From a virus (taxonomy: Duplodnaviria > Caudoviricetes): a stretch of 33,724 nt of DNA. The notes under the pieces were generated by a model. That model saw only the letters and a list, made by a program, of their open reading frames with translations. It did not search any database and was not told the origin of the DNA. The DNA is taken from the IMG/VR virus record IMGVR_UViG_3300007557_000014, positions 1-33,724 of that record; one strand, written 5' to 3'. A program made the position numbers and the translations under genes. This document shows positions 18,075-28,100 of the stretch, one piece after another. Within the stretch, counting starts at the first letter, position 1. Each line of letters starts with the position of its first letter.

Positions 18075-18130
18075 CTTTATGTGTTGCTTTTAACTTTAGC
18101 TATTATAGCAAGAGCAACACATAAAGTCAA
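18075..18130 (-). promoter_or_regulatory. Consensus sigma70 promoter overlapped by a 14-bp perfect inverted repeat
   Basis: TTGACT (18130-18125), 17-nt spacer, TATAAT (18107-18102). Repeat arms are ctttatgtgttgct (18075-18088) and agcaacacataaag (18113-18126). Confidence 0.85.
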
Positions 18131-18324
18131 CTAAAATCGCCTTCGATTCCGTTTATAGTATAAGTTTTTCCGTCGAAGCCTTGATCCATTTTTTCAATTT
18201 CGGTCATAGCTTCGCCGTTCTTTCGTTCATACGGATTGAACTTTGTTTCGTCCATTTTTTCTAACAAAGTGCGTGGGCGCCTTTCTTTGTTAGACTTTGG
18301 TTTATGCTTACTAAAAATACGCAT
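18127..18324 (-). CDS. Hypothetical protein
   Basis: 65-aa ORF; GGAGGA RBS upstream. Confidence 0.6.
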   Translation of the reverse strand: MRIFSKHKPKSNKERRPRTLLEKMDETKFNPYERKNGEAMTEIEKMDQGFDGKTYTINGIEGDFS

Positions 18325-18327
18325 ACG

Positions 18328-18546
18328 CTATCCTCCCGGAGTAAAGTCTTTAGGCGTATACCATCTCTTTTGATTATGTAATCTACCTAGTAATTCTTGT
18401 ATTTCGTGCATTTCTTTTTTGAGTGTAGTGCTAGTGGCTCCTTGCGCAATAGCCATACCTCTACGCCCGGCTTTTGCCATTAGCGCTGATTCTATTATTT
18501 CTATATCTCTAACTGTAAGAGTAAACTTTGTGTTAGGTTTTACCAA
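18328..18546 (-). CDS. Hypothetical protein
   Basis: ORF track gives 18328..18612. TTG at 18546 (MVKPNTKFTL) is preferred because it overlaps the upstream stop minimally; the start is uncertain. Confidence 0.6.
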   Translation of the reverse strand: MVKPNTKFTLTVRDIEIIESALMAKAGRRGMAIAQGATSTTLKKEMHEIQELLGRLHNQKRWYTPKDFTPGG

Positions 18547-18749
18547 AATCCTAATACCTTTCCGTTGCCTGCTATAATAGCAAAACAAGTTATAATGTGT
18601 AACACAATCCAAAATGTTCGGAATGCTAGTGCTTTCTTTACGTCTGTTTGAGAGATGGGCAAGAATTCTGGTTTGTCGTTGTCATTAATGCCGATTGGCA
18701 TGCCAACAGTTCTTGCCCATACTTTAAGCCAGCGTCGCTGACCACTCAT
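18540..18749 (-). CDS. Small membrane protein
   Basis: 69 aa with one C-terminal TM helix (FWIVLHIITCFAIIAG); TAATG overlap with groES. Confidence 0.65.
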   Translation of the reverse strand: MSGQRRWLKVWARTVGMPIGINDNDKPEFLPISQTDVKKALAFRTFWIVLHIITCFAIIAGNGKVLGFW

Positions 18750-19135
18750 TAAACAAAGTCGCTTGGGTCAACGGTCATATGCTCACCGTCGTTGTACTCA
18801 GTACCAAATAACACATCGTCTGGCTTAGTCTCACTGTAGCCAAGTATAGCAGTGTTCTCTACCATACGAATAGTGCCAGTAAAGTCTTCTGAATCAAACT
18901 CTACGCCACGAGTCCAACGACCGTGTTCAATAAGAATCCAATCACCAACTTTATAGTCGTCAGTGTTGCGTGGGCCCTTGTCAAACACACGACCCCAACG
19001 TGCGTGCACGCCGCGGCTTTTGCCGTCGTCGCTGCCTAAAATAAGTCCGCCTTTGGTCTTTTGTTCACCAAAGTCCATATCAGATACAAGTACCTTGTCG
19101 CCGATTGCTTTTACTTTAGATGTAAATGTTTTCAT
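18749..19135 (-). CDS. groES: Co-chaperonin GroES-like protein
   Basis: KAIGDKVLV, mobile loop EQKTKGGLIL, G.V...GP and KVGDWIL, plus an acidic C-terminal extension. Confidence 0.85.
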   Translation of the reverse strand: MKTFTSKVKAIGDKVLVSDMDFGEQKTKGGLILGSDDGKSRGVHARWGRVFDKGPRNTDDYKVGDWILIEHGRWTRGVEFDSEDFTGTIRMVENTAILGYSETKPDDVLFGTEYNDGEHMTVDPSDFV

Positions 19136-19390
19136 TTATTCCTCGTCTGGTTTTGCTTTGCCTGGGTCAGCCACTACTACTGCATCATTGTTTTTGTAGT
19201 AATCAGCTAATACTTCGTCACGGGTACGAATAATCTTACCGCCGGGACCGATTTCGTCTCCCCGTGCGTTTACTTTCATGCCTAGTCCCACTGCTGGGGT
19301 AAGTTCATTCTTTTTACGCAGCATGTCCATATCAATGACTGTGCCACGCATAGTTCTGTGTTGTGGTCTACCTTTTGATTTTTCTACCAT
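19136..19390 (-). CDS. Hypothetical phage protein
   Basis: 84 aa; AAGGAG RBS and GATAAGTA motif (19410-19417) upstream. Confidence 0.75.
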   Translation of the reverse strand: MVEKSKGRPQHRTMRGTVIDMDMLRKKNELTPAVGLGMKVNARGDEIGPGGKIIRTRDEVLADYYKNNDAVVVADPGKAKPDEE

Positions 19391-19412
19391 GGTATTCTCC
19401 TTTGTATGTTAC

Positions 19413-19943
19413 TTATCTTAAGAACTCTTTGTAGTCTAAATTATACTTAAAACTATCTACCTTGTGTACATCTAGCAAGTATAACACGTAGCTTGCGACT
19501 GAGCTACCTCTGCCTACACCCCATACGATATTATTTTCTCGCATAAAGTCTACGAGATAAATCATGTAGCGTAACAGATCCAGCATCCCGTGTTCTTCAA
19601 ACTCTGCTAGTTCTTCCCATATACGATCCAACACGTCCTGCGGACACGGCGTTTTTGCTTTGCCTAGTACGTACACATGTACATTAATATCTTTGTATTT
19701 CTGAGGCATTAGCCATTCTGATTGACACACAGTGTCAAAGGTCTTTTGATCTACGTCTAACGAAATATACTTCTGTAGTTTACTCAGCCCTTGTTCTTCC
19801 ATAGCAGCATTAAACTTGTCTACTTCGTCACTTGGATCGCAGAGAACTACATGACATTTATCAGCATTGCCCTGATAAATCATGTCTATTAGATCTTTAT
19901 TCGTAAAACGAGGCACCCCGAGGTTGTCTGTTTTTATAAGCAT
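19413..19943 (-). CDS. dnaE: DNA polymerase III alpha (DnaE, family C) N-terminal palm fragment
   Basis: RIWEEL...LVDFMRENNIVWGVGRGSSVASYVLYLLDVHKVD...FL corresponds to DnaE RL..EL...GPGRGSGAGSLVAYAL.IT.LDP...ERFL. Only 176 aa. Confidence 0.85.
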   Translation of the reverse strand: MLIKTDNLGVPRFTNKDLIDMIYQGNADKCHVVLCDPSDEVDKFNAAMEEQGLSKLQKYISLDVDQKTFDTVCQSEWLMPQKYKDINVHVYVLGKAKTPCPQDVLDRIWEELAEFEEHGMLDLLRYMIYLVDFMRENNIVWGVGRGSSVASYVLYLLDVHKVDSFKYNLDYKEFLR

Positions 19944-19952
19944 AGTATTAGT

Positions 19953-20180
19953 TTAGTTGATGTTGATTAAGTTGTCAAGATCTTTATTGTCGTCGTCTTG
20001 TCTTTGTTGAGTTCGAACTTTTCTTTCTTCGAACTCAAGCTTATACATGTCAAGTATTGAAGCCATTTGCTCACGCACTTGAGGATTTGACGTCATAAAG
20101 TACTTTCGAGATAGATCCTCGATTTTATCTATAAGTTGCGCTTCGCTAAGATCCGAAGCCCCGTCTACAAAAGGATTCAT
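19953..20180 (-). CDS. Hypothetical helical protein
   Basis: 75 aa; 1-nt overlap with the upstream gene. Confidence 0.7.
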   Translation of the reverse strand: MNPFVDGASDLSEAQLIDKIEDLSRKYFMTSNPQVREQMASILDMYKLEFEERKVRTQQRQDDDNKDLDNLININ

Positions 20181-20740
20181 TAGCTAGTGTACTGACCTAG
20201 GTATCTTGCGAACACAGTTACGCCGCCATTAGTAGTCCAAAGCTCAACAAACACAGGATCGTTAATGCTAGTAACTGTAAAGGTCGACGGCCAACTAGAA
20301 TCTTTCTTAATAGTACCGCCGTTACCTGCTATCCAGCTAATTGTTCTTTCAGTACCGTCGCCGGTAATCTGTAGCTTTAGCTTGCCGTGCTTTGGCGAAG
20401 TAGGCCAGTCAATGAGCGTTAGTGTAATGTCTGCGCTTGCCTGTAACAATTGATACGGAGCAAACTCCCAGTCAACGTCAAGGTCATTAGATATAGCACC
20501 GTAGCTATAAACTGTTTCGGTGAAGTTTTCTTGCTGAAAGTTAGTAAGCTTATTGCCAGCGAAGTTGTTATCGCCGTTGGTCTTAGCTGTGTTAGTCTGC
20601 AAGTCTTCGATTTCACTCTTAGCTGCGACTAAGCTATTTTTTGTAAGGTTAAAGTTATCTCTAAACCCTTGGCTATTATTATCTTGCCCTGCGACAGGAA
20701 AGTTAGCATCAATGTTATCTGCGGTAATGTTACTGGCCAT
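20180..20740 (-). CDS. Putative virion (baseplate/tail) protein
   Basis: N-terminal FPVAGQDNNSQGFRDNF and a short coiled coil, then a beta-rich C-terminus; GATAAATA (20756-20763) and GGAG RBS upstream. Confidence 0.7.
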   Translation of the reverse strand: MASNITADNIDANFPVAGQDNNSQGFRDNFNLTKNSLVAAKSEIEDLQTNTAKTNGDNNFAGNKLTNFQQENFTETVYSYGAISNDLDVDWEFAPYQLLQASADITLTLIDWPTSPKHGKLKLQITGDGTERTISWIAGNGGTIKKDSSWPSTFTVTSINDPVFVELWTTNGGVTVFARYLGQYTS

Positions 20741-20766
20741 TTTTTGTCTCCGTAATATTTATCTTG

Positions 20767-23568
20767 TTAGACTACATACTCTTTATTTTGGAACACTAGA
20801 TACTGATCATCTGCGTTCGACTCTGCGTTGTCGATTACTACTCGATCAATATCAAGCTCAAACTGTTTAAAGTTTATTTTTTGATTTTCGATCTTTTCTT
20901 TAATTAGTGTACTGCCTCCTGGCTTACAATAACAAAGTACTAAAGCAGGCACATAACCTATTTCCGCAATAGTAGTCTGTGGTGTTTGCATCCATAGTGG
21001 CAAGAAGTCTTTCTCAGTTTCACCTATTTTAAGTATTTCTTCTCTTATGTTAGTAATACTGGATATAGTTTTTTTGTTTTTATAGATACCGTCGGTGGTG
21101 TAAAGATCCATGTCTACAGTAACTACATTTGGATTACTAGGGCGTAGTTCATAGTTTGTACTAGAGCCAATTGTTTGTAAGCTAACTTCTAATATGTTGC
21201 CCAATCGAGTATACACAAAAAGTTGATGTGCTAGTAAATACTGTAATACACCGTTGTCTCTAGTTTCTATATCTAAGCTACTAGTAAAGTCAACAACAAT
21301 ATCGCCTTGTTCTTTAGTAGTGACTACTAGTTCATATGGGTCGCTATCGTATGTTTCGTCAGTAACGTCATAGTGACTGCTGTTGACTAACAAAGGCGTG
21401 TGGTCCTGATGTGTGTAAGACTTGCGTGTTTTGCGGTTAATCAACGTATCGTTTGGATCAACTAGGTCTAAGTATACAACTTCGTAAATAACGTTTTGTG
21501 TACCAGGCTCTTTGGCTACTGCGGTTCTTAGCTCGCCTATGCTGTATGTCTTACGCTTACCGTACAAATTTGCTGCTGCTACATAGTAGCGCATGTTCTT
21601 AGTTTCAATACCAGCGTACAACAGAACTGTAAGGTCGTATTGTATACCAAAGTTAGTATCATTTTGTCGGTACAGTTGCTCTGGTAAGAATATTTGAGGG
21701 TCGCCTATAATATCTCTAAATGTGTCACGCTGCTTTCTTGTTAGCATTGGCTTTAGATGTAGGTTACTAAATTCTTTGTTGTTTGGATCGTCTACTACTA
21801 GTGTAAACGTGCGTGTAGTTATACTGTACCCAAAATGATCCTTAACTTCTACAGTGAATTCAAACTGTCTGTCCATGCGAGTCGTATTAGCGTCGAACTT
21901 TGTAGCACCGTTATCGAAAACAGTAAGCCCTTGCTCGCTTGTATTGCCAAAGCTTTTTACAGTACCGATAAGTTCGCCGCTAAAATCAAGACGCATCCCA
22001 GGAGGAAGGCTCCCTGATTGTACACGGTATACTAATGTAGCGTTTGGAACAGAAGTGGATGCTTGTATTCTCTTTGTGCTTGTATAGTTTGCGCTCACGC
22101 TACCAAGATTGCCGCTAGTTATCCAGGTAATTTCACTGTTTACTTCGCCTAATAAATTAACAGTAAATGTTTTTGTACTTTTAGCTTCTTCTGCTTCTGT
22201 TAAGTCAAAGATACCTAAGTTAATGCCGGTGCCCTTTGGCATAACTGTGCGTGTGCCGTAAGTAAGGGTGATCAGATCATAGTCTGCATGGCTTAGGTCA
22301 GCTAACAGAATTTTGTAAGTGTTACCTTCAACTGTAAATGTTCTGCCTATAAGATCAGTAGCAGTAACTTTTTCAGTTTTACTAATTTTTAGAGTAGCGC
22401 TGTTTAGTGCTGCTGCTTCTTCTGTCTTCTGTTGTAGCTCTACACGTTCTGAGTCAAAGCTTACTCGTATGGCAGATACAGTAAACTTGTAAGTCTCAGT
22501 GATATCTTTTTGGTACGGAGTACGTCCTACGATGTAACCATTACGGAAGTCAAGTCCTAAGCCGGGCGGTAGTACACTGTCTGTACCGTCGTCGTTAATT
22601 TCTTCCATACGATACCAAACAAGCCCGCTAATTGTGCTGTTGTTGATTACTTGTAACGGAAGTGAAATATAGTTGTTTGCTCTACGGTAACCAAAGTCGC
22701 CCGGTGTAAGCCAAATTGGCCTACGCAGCTTAGAAGCATCAGCAGTAAACGTGCCAGTGCCAGCCTGCATTGTAGTAATGTCGGCAGTAAAGAAATCGTC
22801 ACCTACTACAAATATTCTAAATGTTCTTGGTATTACGCTCTCGCCGTCGGTTACATCAACTGTAAACTGATAGTATCTGTTTAGTTTTTTTGGTGTACGT
22901 GTGTTTACAGAAATATCATACTTAACTAAGTCGTAGTAGTAACTGTCGTAACCGTTAGTTGAATTGGCAATAGCACTGTACCAGTCGTAACCAGTACCGG
23001 CACCGTAATCATAAGGCGCAGCATCGTACCCGCCTTTGATGCTCTTTTCAATTGCTAGTATAGGATCAACTATTCCTTGAATTTTACCATCGTGCGTTAG
23101 CGCCAAGCCTGGAGGTATTTGTCCACTTTTTAAACTGTAGCGCAACACCTGCCCTGCCTTAATATCGTCGTCTTCGACTACTAGTTGAAAATCAACGTAA
23201 GAGTTGTCTAGCACAAAGTATTGATCGTTGGCGCCAGCAGGTAATAAATCTTCTGGAGTTTTCCATACAGGTAAGTCAGATCCTACTACAACAATATTAA
23301 ATGTACGGTCAAATGTATGACCGTTGTATGTAGCTCTTAGTACAAATCTAACTTTAGTCTCTATCGGTACTTCAATCGGCGTGCCTGTAATTTGATTACC
23401 ATTTACTCTAAGACCAGAAGGTAGCTTACCGCTAATAACTTCAACTTGGATTGCCGTAGAGTCAACACTATCTATTAACGGAAGGTCGATCGCAACAACA
23501 TCGTTTTCATTTACAGTAGCAATAGTATTGCCTGATTTCTTAGTCCAGATTTGTTCAGCTTGCATCAT
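20767..23568 (-). CDS. Large virion protein with putative Ig-like repeats, probable baseplate wedge subunit
   Basis: Four He_PIG-like repeats (SGKLPSGL, SGQIPPGL, LPPGLGL, SGSLPPGM), each followed by G.I.G and F.V; lies in the tail cluster; AATAAATA and AGGAG upstream. Confidence 0.7.
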   Translation of the reverse strand: MMQAEQIWTKKSGNTIATVNENDVVAIDLPLIDSVDSTAIQVEVISGKLPSGLRVNGNQITGTPIEVPIETKVRFVLRATYNGHTFDRTFNIVVVGSDLPVWKTPEDLLPAGANDQYFVLDNSYVDFQLVVEDDDIKAGQVLRYSLKSGQIPPGLALTHDGKIQGIVDPILAIEKSIKGGYDAAPYDYGAGTGYDWYSAIANSTNGYDSYYYDLVKYDISVNTRTPKKLNRYYQFTVDVTDGESVIPRTFRIFVVGDDFFTADITTMQAGTGTFTADASKLRRPIWLTPGDFGYRRANNYISLPLQVINNSTISGLVWYRMEEINDDGTDSVLPPGLGLDFRNGYIVGRTPYQKDITETYKFTVSAIRVSFDSERVELQQKTEEAAALNSATLKISKTEKVTATDLIGRTFTVEGNTYKILLADLSHADYDLITLTYGTRTVMPKGTGINLGIFDLTEAEEAKSTKTFTVNLLGEVNSEITWITSGNLGSVSANYTSTKRIQASTSVPNATLVYRVQSGSLPPGMRLDFSGELIGTVKSFGNTSEQGLTVFDNGATKFDANTTRMDRQFEFTVEVKDHFGYSITTRTFTLVVDDPNNKEFSNLHLKPMLTRKQRDTFRDIIGDPQIFLPEQLYRQNDTNFGIQYDLTVLLYAGIETKNMRYYVAAANLYGKRKTYSIGELRTAVAKEPGTQNVIYEVVYLDLVDPNDTLINRKTRKSYTHQDHTPLLVNSSHYDVTDETYDSDPYELVVTTKEQGDIVVDFTSSLDIETRDNGVLQYLLAHQLFVYTRLGNILEVSLQTIGSSTNYELRPSNPNVVTVDMDLYTTDGIYKNKKTISSITNIREEILKIGETEKDFLPLWMQTPQTTIAEIGYVPALVLCYCKPGGSTLIKEKIENQKINFKQFELDIDRVVIDNAESNADDQYLVFQNKEYVV

Positions 23569-23586
23569 ATACTCCTATTGTATTTA

Positions 23587-24270
23587 TTAGGATACGATGC
23601 TTCCAAAGTCGCTGTTTAAAGATCCAGGAGAAGTAAATGTACCGTAGTCTAGGTTTAACGTTGCTATTACATATTCTTGGTTAGTGGTAACTTGATAGAC
23701 AATACCGCCAAGGTTTAGATCTTCAAACGAGCTTGTAATACTAATGCCGTTTACTGTGCCAACTAAGTTACCAGTAAATGTAGAAGCAGTTATGCCGGCG
23801 ACGTTTGTAATACTAAAGTTACTAGCATCTAAGTTGCCGCCTAGTGTAGGAGCAGTATCAAGAGCAACTAGCCCAGTTGGGTCTAGGGATATTTGAATAT
23901 CATTGCTCGAAATACCAGCATTAACATTGCCAACACCCTTGATCCCAAACGACTTACTAGAGCCGCTGATGTTAACACTGTCACTATCAGCTTGAATAGT
24001 GAAGTTTTCATTGCTGTTAATTGTTATTTCGTTATCAGTAGTGCTTAGCGCTATATTAGAGCCTGCTACTAAAGATTTAAAATACAATATGTTATTTTCT
24101 TTGCTGTAAAACACACCCGAGCCACTGCCCAAGTTTTCAACACTATTAGTAAACGAAAAACGATCATCAAGATTAAGAAAGTTTTGATTTACCTTTTCAA
24201 ACGCAACACGTAAGTTATCGCCAGTACCGTCGTTTGCGATTGTGCCTATGTTAATTGATTGTACTGCCAT
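23587..24270 (-). CDS. Baseplate/fibre protein with T4 gp9/gp10-like N-terminus
   Basis: INIGTIANDGTGDNLRVAFEKVNQNF; FKSLVAGSNI; DTAPTLGGNLD. Confidence 0.78.
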   Translation of the reverse strand: MAVQSINIGTIANDGTGDNLRVAFEKVNQNFLNLDDRFSFTNSVENLGSGSGVFYSKENNILYFKSLVAGSNIALSTTDNEITINSNENFTIQADSDSVNISGSSKSFGIKGVGNVNAGISSNDIQISLDPTGLVALDTAPTLGGNLDASNFSITNVAGITASTFTGNLVGTVNGISITSSFEDLNLGGIVYQVTTNQEYVIATLNLDYGTFTSPGSLNSDFGSIVS

Positions 24271-24281
24271 TTATCTCTCCG

Positions 24282-25094
24282 TTAAACTATTGCGCTTAGT
24301 GCTGCTTTTTTCCAGCCGCTTGCTGTTTTAATATATATAAAGCTATCGTCGTATCTTATTTCACCAGTATTACCTGGGTCTGCGTTTGCTGTAGGAGCTG
24401 AGTCAGTAGTAGCTTCTATTTTACCTGTAACTGTAGTGGCTGTTATTACGTTAAACTTATTAGACCCAGATCCAATATTGTGTACGCCGTTGTTATTTGG
24501 AATAACGTTGCCACGCACAGTACCGTCGAGGTTTACAGCAGCTAGCAAACTGTCGATCATTACAGTGCTGTCGTCGGCAAATACACTACCAACTAAGTCA
24601 CCGGTGTTATTTACATCAACAGTAATAACACCAGTCTGTAGATCACTTGCTGTTATATAACCTGCGTCGTTAACAAGCAAACTGTTATTAGAACCAGTTG
24701 TTAGCGCATCAGTAATACCGTATCCAGCAAGCGTAGTAGGCTTGCTTGTTAAGCTAGCAAACGACACTGTTGTTAAATAGCCTGCGTCGTTTGTTAGCAC
24801 ACTTACGTTAGCACCCGACGAAACTGCGTTAATATCGTTTGTAAAGTCGCTTAGCGCAGTAGGGAGGTTATTAAGGTCTGTGTAGTTAGCAGTAGTTGCC
24901 ACGTTCTTAATAGTTGCGCCGCCTATAGTAGCAGAGTCAGCAACAACACTAGGCGCTGTTACAGTGCCAGTAGCTGTTATGTTTGATACGCTGCTTATAC
25001 TGCTTCCTGTAAGATTAAGGTTATCCCCTGACGGGAGTTCCTTAATTTTATTTGAATCAGTTGAGTCAACTATTAGTGGATATCTGTTAGCCAT
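24282..25094 (-). CDS. Tail fibre-like protein
   Basis: KPTTLAGYGITDA phage fibre repeat, two NDAGY repeats, GSVFADDSTVMID, and C-terminal GEIRYDDSFIYI...W. Confidence 0.75.
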   Translation of the reverse strand: MANRYPLIVDSTDSNKIKELPSGDNLNLTGSSISSVSNITATGTVTAPSVVADSATIGGATIKNVATTANYTDLNNLPTALSDFTNDINAVSSGANVSVLTNDAGYLTTVSFASLTSKPTTLAGYGITDALTTGSNNSLLVNDAGYITASDLQTGVITVDVNNTGDLVGSVFADDSTVMIDSLLAAVNLDGTVRGNVIPNNNGVHNIGSGSNKFNVITATTVTGKIEATTDSAPTANADPGNTGEIRYDDSFIYIKTASGWKKAALSAIV

Positions 25095-25118
25095 ATTACG
25101 CTCTCTTTTATATATTTA

Positions 25119-28100
25119 TTACTTGCCGACCAGTGTTTCAACTACACCTTTGTCGTTATCGATCTTATCTTCAATTGCTTTACCAATTACACTTCCGACT
25201 TTAGGGTCGTTGTCGACTATAGCATAACCAGGAACCGCACTAGCAACTAACATATCACCTTTGCGCACTTGACCAATTACGTTCACCGGAACACGTCCTA
25301 CGAGCGCAACACAAGCAGCAATGCCTGGGCAGTCTTGATTCATAGTAAACGCAGCATTGTTAGAAACTACGCCGGCAACTCTTGTGGATCGATGCTCAGT
25401 ACAGCCTGTAACTTCTTTCTCGCCGCCAAAGACAAGCACAGTGCCCACTTCGTAAATGTGGTCTGCTTCGTAGTATTCTGCGATATCAGCATAAGTAGCT
25501 TCAAATCTAGAACCAGTTGTTAAGCTCCAGTTACCAGTTATAGTGCCAGCAGTGCCACTTGCGCCTGTTGTAATTGTATTAGTCTTTACGTAAGAACCAG
25601 CAGCAACTTCTAGTCCGCTGTCGTTAATTACAACTTTAACATTACCGTTGGACACAGCAACAATAGAATCAGCAGCAGACTCAGCAAACCCGCCACCGGC
25701 TCCTAAGCCAATACCAGTGCTCGTAGCGTCTTTTTCGGTAGCTGCTTCTAAGAAGTTTGTGTAAATCCAAGTCGACGCTAGCTTACTTGTGTTTGCGCTG
25801 TAGCTACTAGCATCTTGGAATGTACTGTTGTTTACGTTAGCAATGTCGCCTACTTGAACTGCGCCGCCTGTTTCTAGTACAGGGTTACTAGCACCTTCGC
25901 CTCTTAGTAGCACGCCGCCTGCTGTAGTTTTAAGTACAGTATCAGTACCGTCTACATCAAGTATCTGACTACCGTCAATCTGATAAGCAGTAGCATCTAC
26001 TTCGCCTGCTGTTGAACGCTTAACTATAGAGTTGTTAGACGTTGTAGCAGACAAGTTAGTTAAGCCGTATGACCCAGCAGCAACTTGTGTTAACACTTTT
26101 GAACCAGTGTTGTCAGTAGTAAAGTCTGCGTCTACAACAGCACCACCTGCGCTAATTAAACTACTAATTAGAATCTCTTCAACATTACCTGTGCCAGCAG
26201 TTGTTCTACCAAGAACAGTGTTTGTAGCAATTTGTTCAAGGTCTGTTTTAGCTATGCTGTTAGCGATAATATCAACAGCACCCGAAGTTACTGTAAAGTG
26301 CGAGCTGCTAAAGCTAGCAATACCCTTAGCGCTTGTAGTAGCATCATCAAGAGCAAGTTTGCTTTGCGCAATAGCAGCACTAGCATTTACATCAGTGTTA
26401 ACAATAGAACCTGCTGTAATAGCACTTGTAATAGCGTTAGCGCCTGTGCGTGTAAGTGTTACGTCACCTGTAACAGCAGCATCTTCCCAAGCACTACCGT
26501 TATATACCAGGAGGTCGCTTGTAGCCGCAGAACTAATGCTAGTGTCAGCTAGTTCGCTAATGCTATCAAACTCTGCTACTTTAGAGTTAACGTATGCTAC
26601 GTTAGCAGCATCAGTACTAACACCACTGTTTGTAGCAAGGTTAGTAATACGGAAGCTACTACCCATATTAAGGTTACCTGCCATAGTAGTGTTACCTTCA
26701 AGGTCAAGGTAACCTGGCCCTAGCTTCTCACCGCCGGAAATAACCGATCCAGATTCGTCTAGGTGTAAACGTCTATCGATGTATGTCTTTACAGCTTTCT
26801 CAGTTGGCACAGCACTATCGGATACACCGCTCATACTTGTATCAGTTGAGAATTCATTAATTGTTGTACCTGAACTAAATCCAAGACTCACAGCGTTGGA
26901 AATACCAACACCGCCTTCAATAGTAGTGTCGCCTGTTGCTTGGTCTACGTTAAAGAACTGTCCTACACGGAACACGCCGTATTGGTCAGTACTTGTCCAG
27001 AACACTCTACCTTGTCCACGTTCCCAAACTTCAGCAGTAGTAGCAGCCGGAGAATCAGTAAACGCTGTGGGATCTTGTGTGTTCTCAGGATCGCCAAGAA
27101 TATCGTTTGGATAGTTAGTTTCGTTAAACGAGCCTGCGCCTACACTTTTGAACACTGTGTTTGTAGCACGAATAATTGCTGTGTTTTCAACTACGCTTGC
27201 GTCAGCGCCAGTTGGAACACCTGCGAATAATTTTCTTGTAGTTGTAATCGCAGTGTTTAAACCAGCAGCCTGCGGCGATGGATTAATATTAGAGCCACTT
27301 ACACTTGAGTCGCTTACATTAAATTCAACATAAGCAAAGTTGTTTACAGTAACAGTAGTTGGAACAACACTGGAAATAGTGTTTGTTGTATCAAACGTTC
27401 CGGTTACATCATAAACATGTACAGTCGTTCCGCTTGACACAGTCTTTAGTGCTGTACCAGTAGCACCTGATACAGCTTGTGTTACAGTATCGCCAGCGGT
27501 AAACGAAACAGCGCTTGTCATTTCTAGCGTAGTTACATTCTTGTAAGTTGTAATGTAATGACTTTTTCCTGCGTGAGCAAATATCTTACCGACAACTCTT
27601 GTGCTATCTAAGAACGGAGCAGCGCCGCCTGCTAGTACTTCGATTGCTAATTTTGTGTCGTTAGCAGTGCTACCAAAGCCGTTGCCGTTGTGTGTAGTGT
27701 TAGGAGTAAGCTCGATGTACTTATAGTCTGCATCGAATGTTGCTCGCACACGGTTAGCAGATAAAGCGTTTCCGTAGTTGTCAGTGGTAGCAAACGCAGT
27801 TGCTTTGTAACCAACGTCCGCAGACTCGTCATACGTTATAGTTGTATTTGGCCTTGGGTTAAGTGTACCTGCTGCTGCCACGTTATCGTAAAGGAATTGC
27901 GTACCGCTTCGAATCTCAACAATAGTATCGTCGGTAACAGCCTGTTGTAGCGTACCGTAGAAATCAGTAGTAGACGAATTCTCAGCAACAAATTGTAGTT
28001 GATAAACATTTACGTTTAGCACAGTTGGCGATGGTGCCGGTGTAGGACTTGCTGCGGTAACATCAGTTACAGATGTGATACGATAGTTAAGTGTACCTGC

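Noticed and set aside
19300-19415. TVIDMDM in the 84-aa gene after the dnaE fragment as a frameshift or readthrough continuation of PDxDxD
   Set aside because: The first catalytic Asp and the Pro are absent, the rest of the protein is not DnaE-like, and the gene has its own promoter motif and strong RBS.
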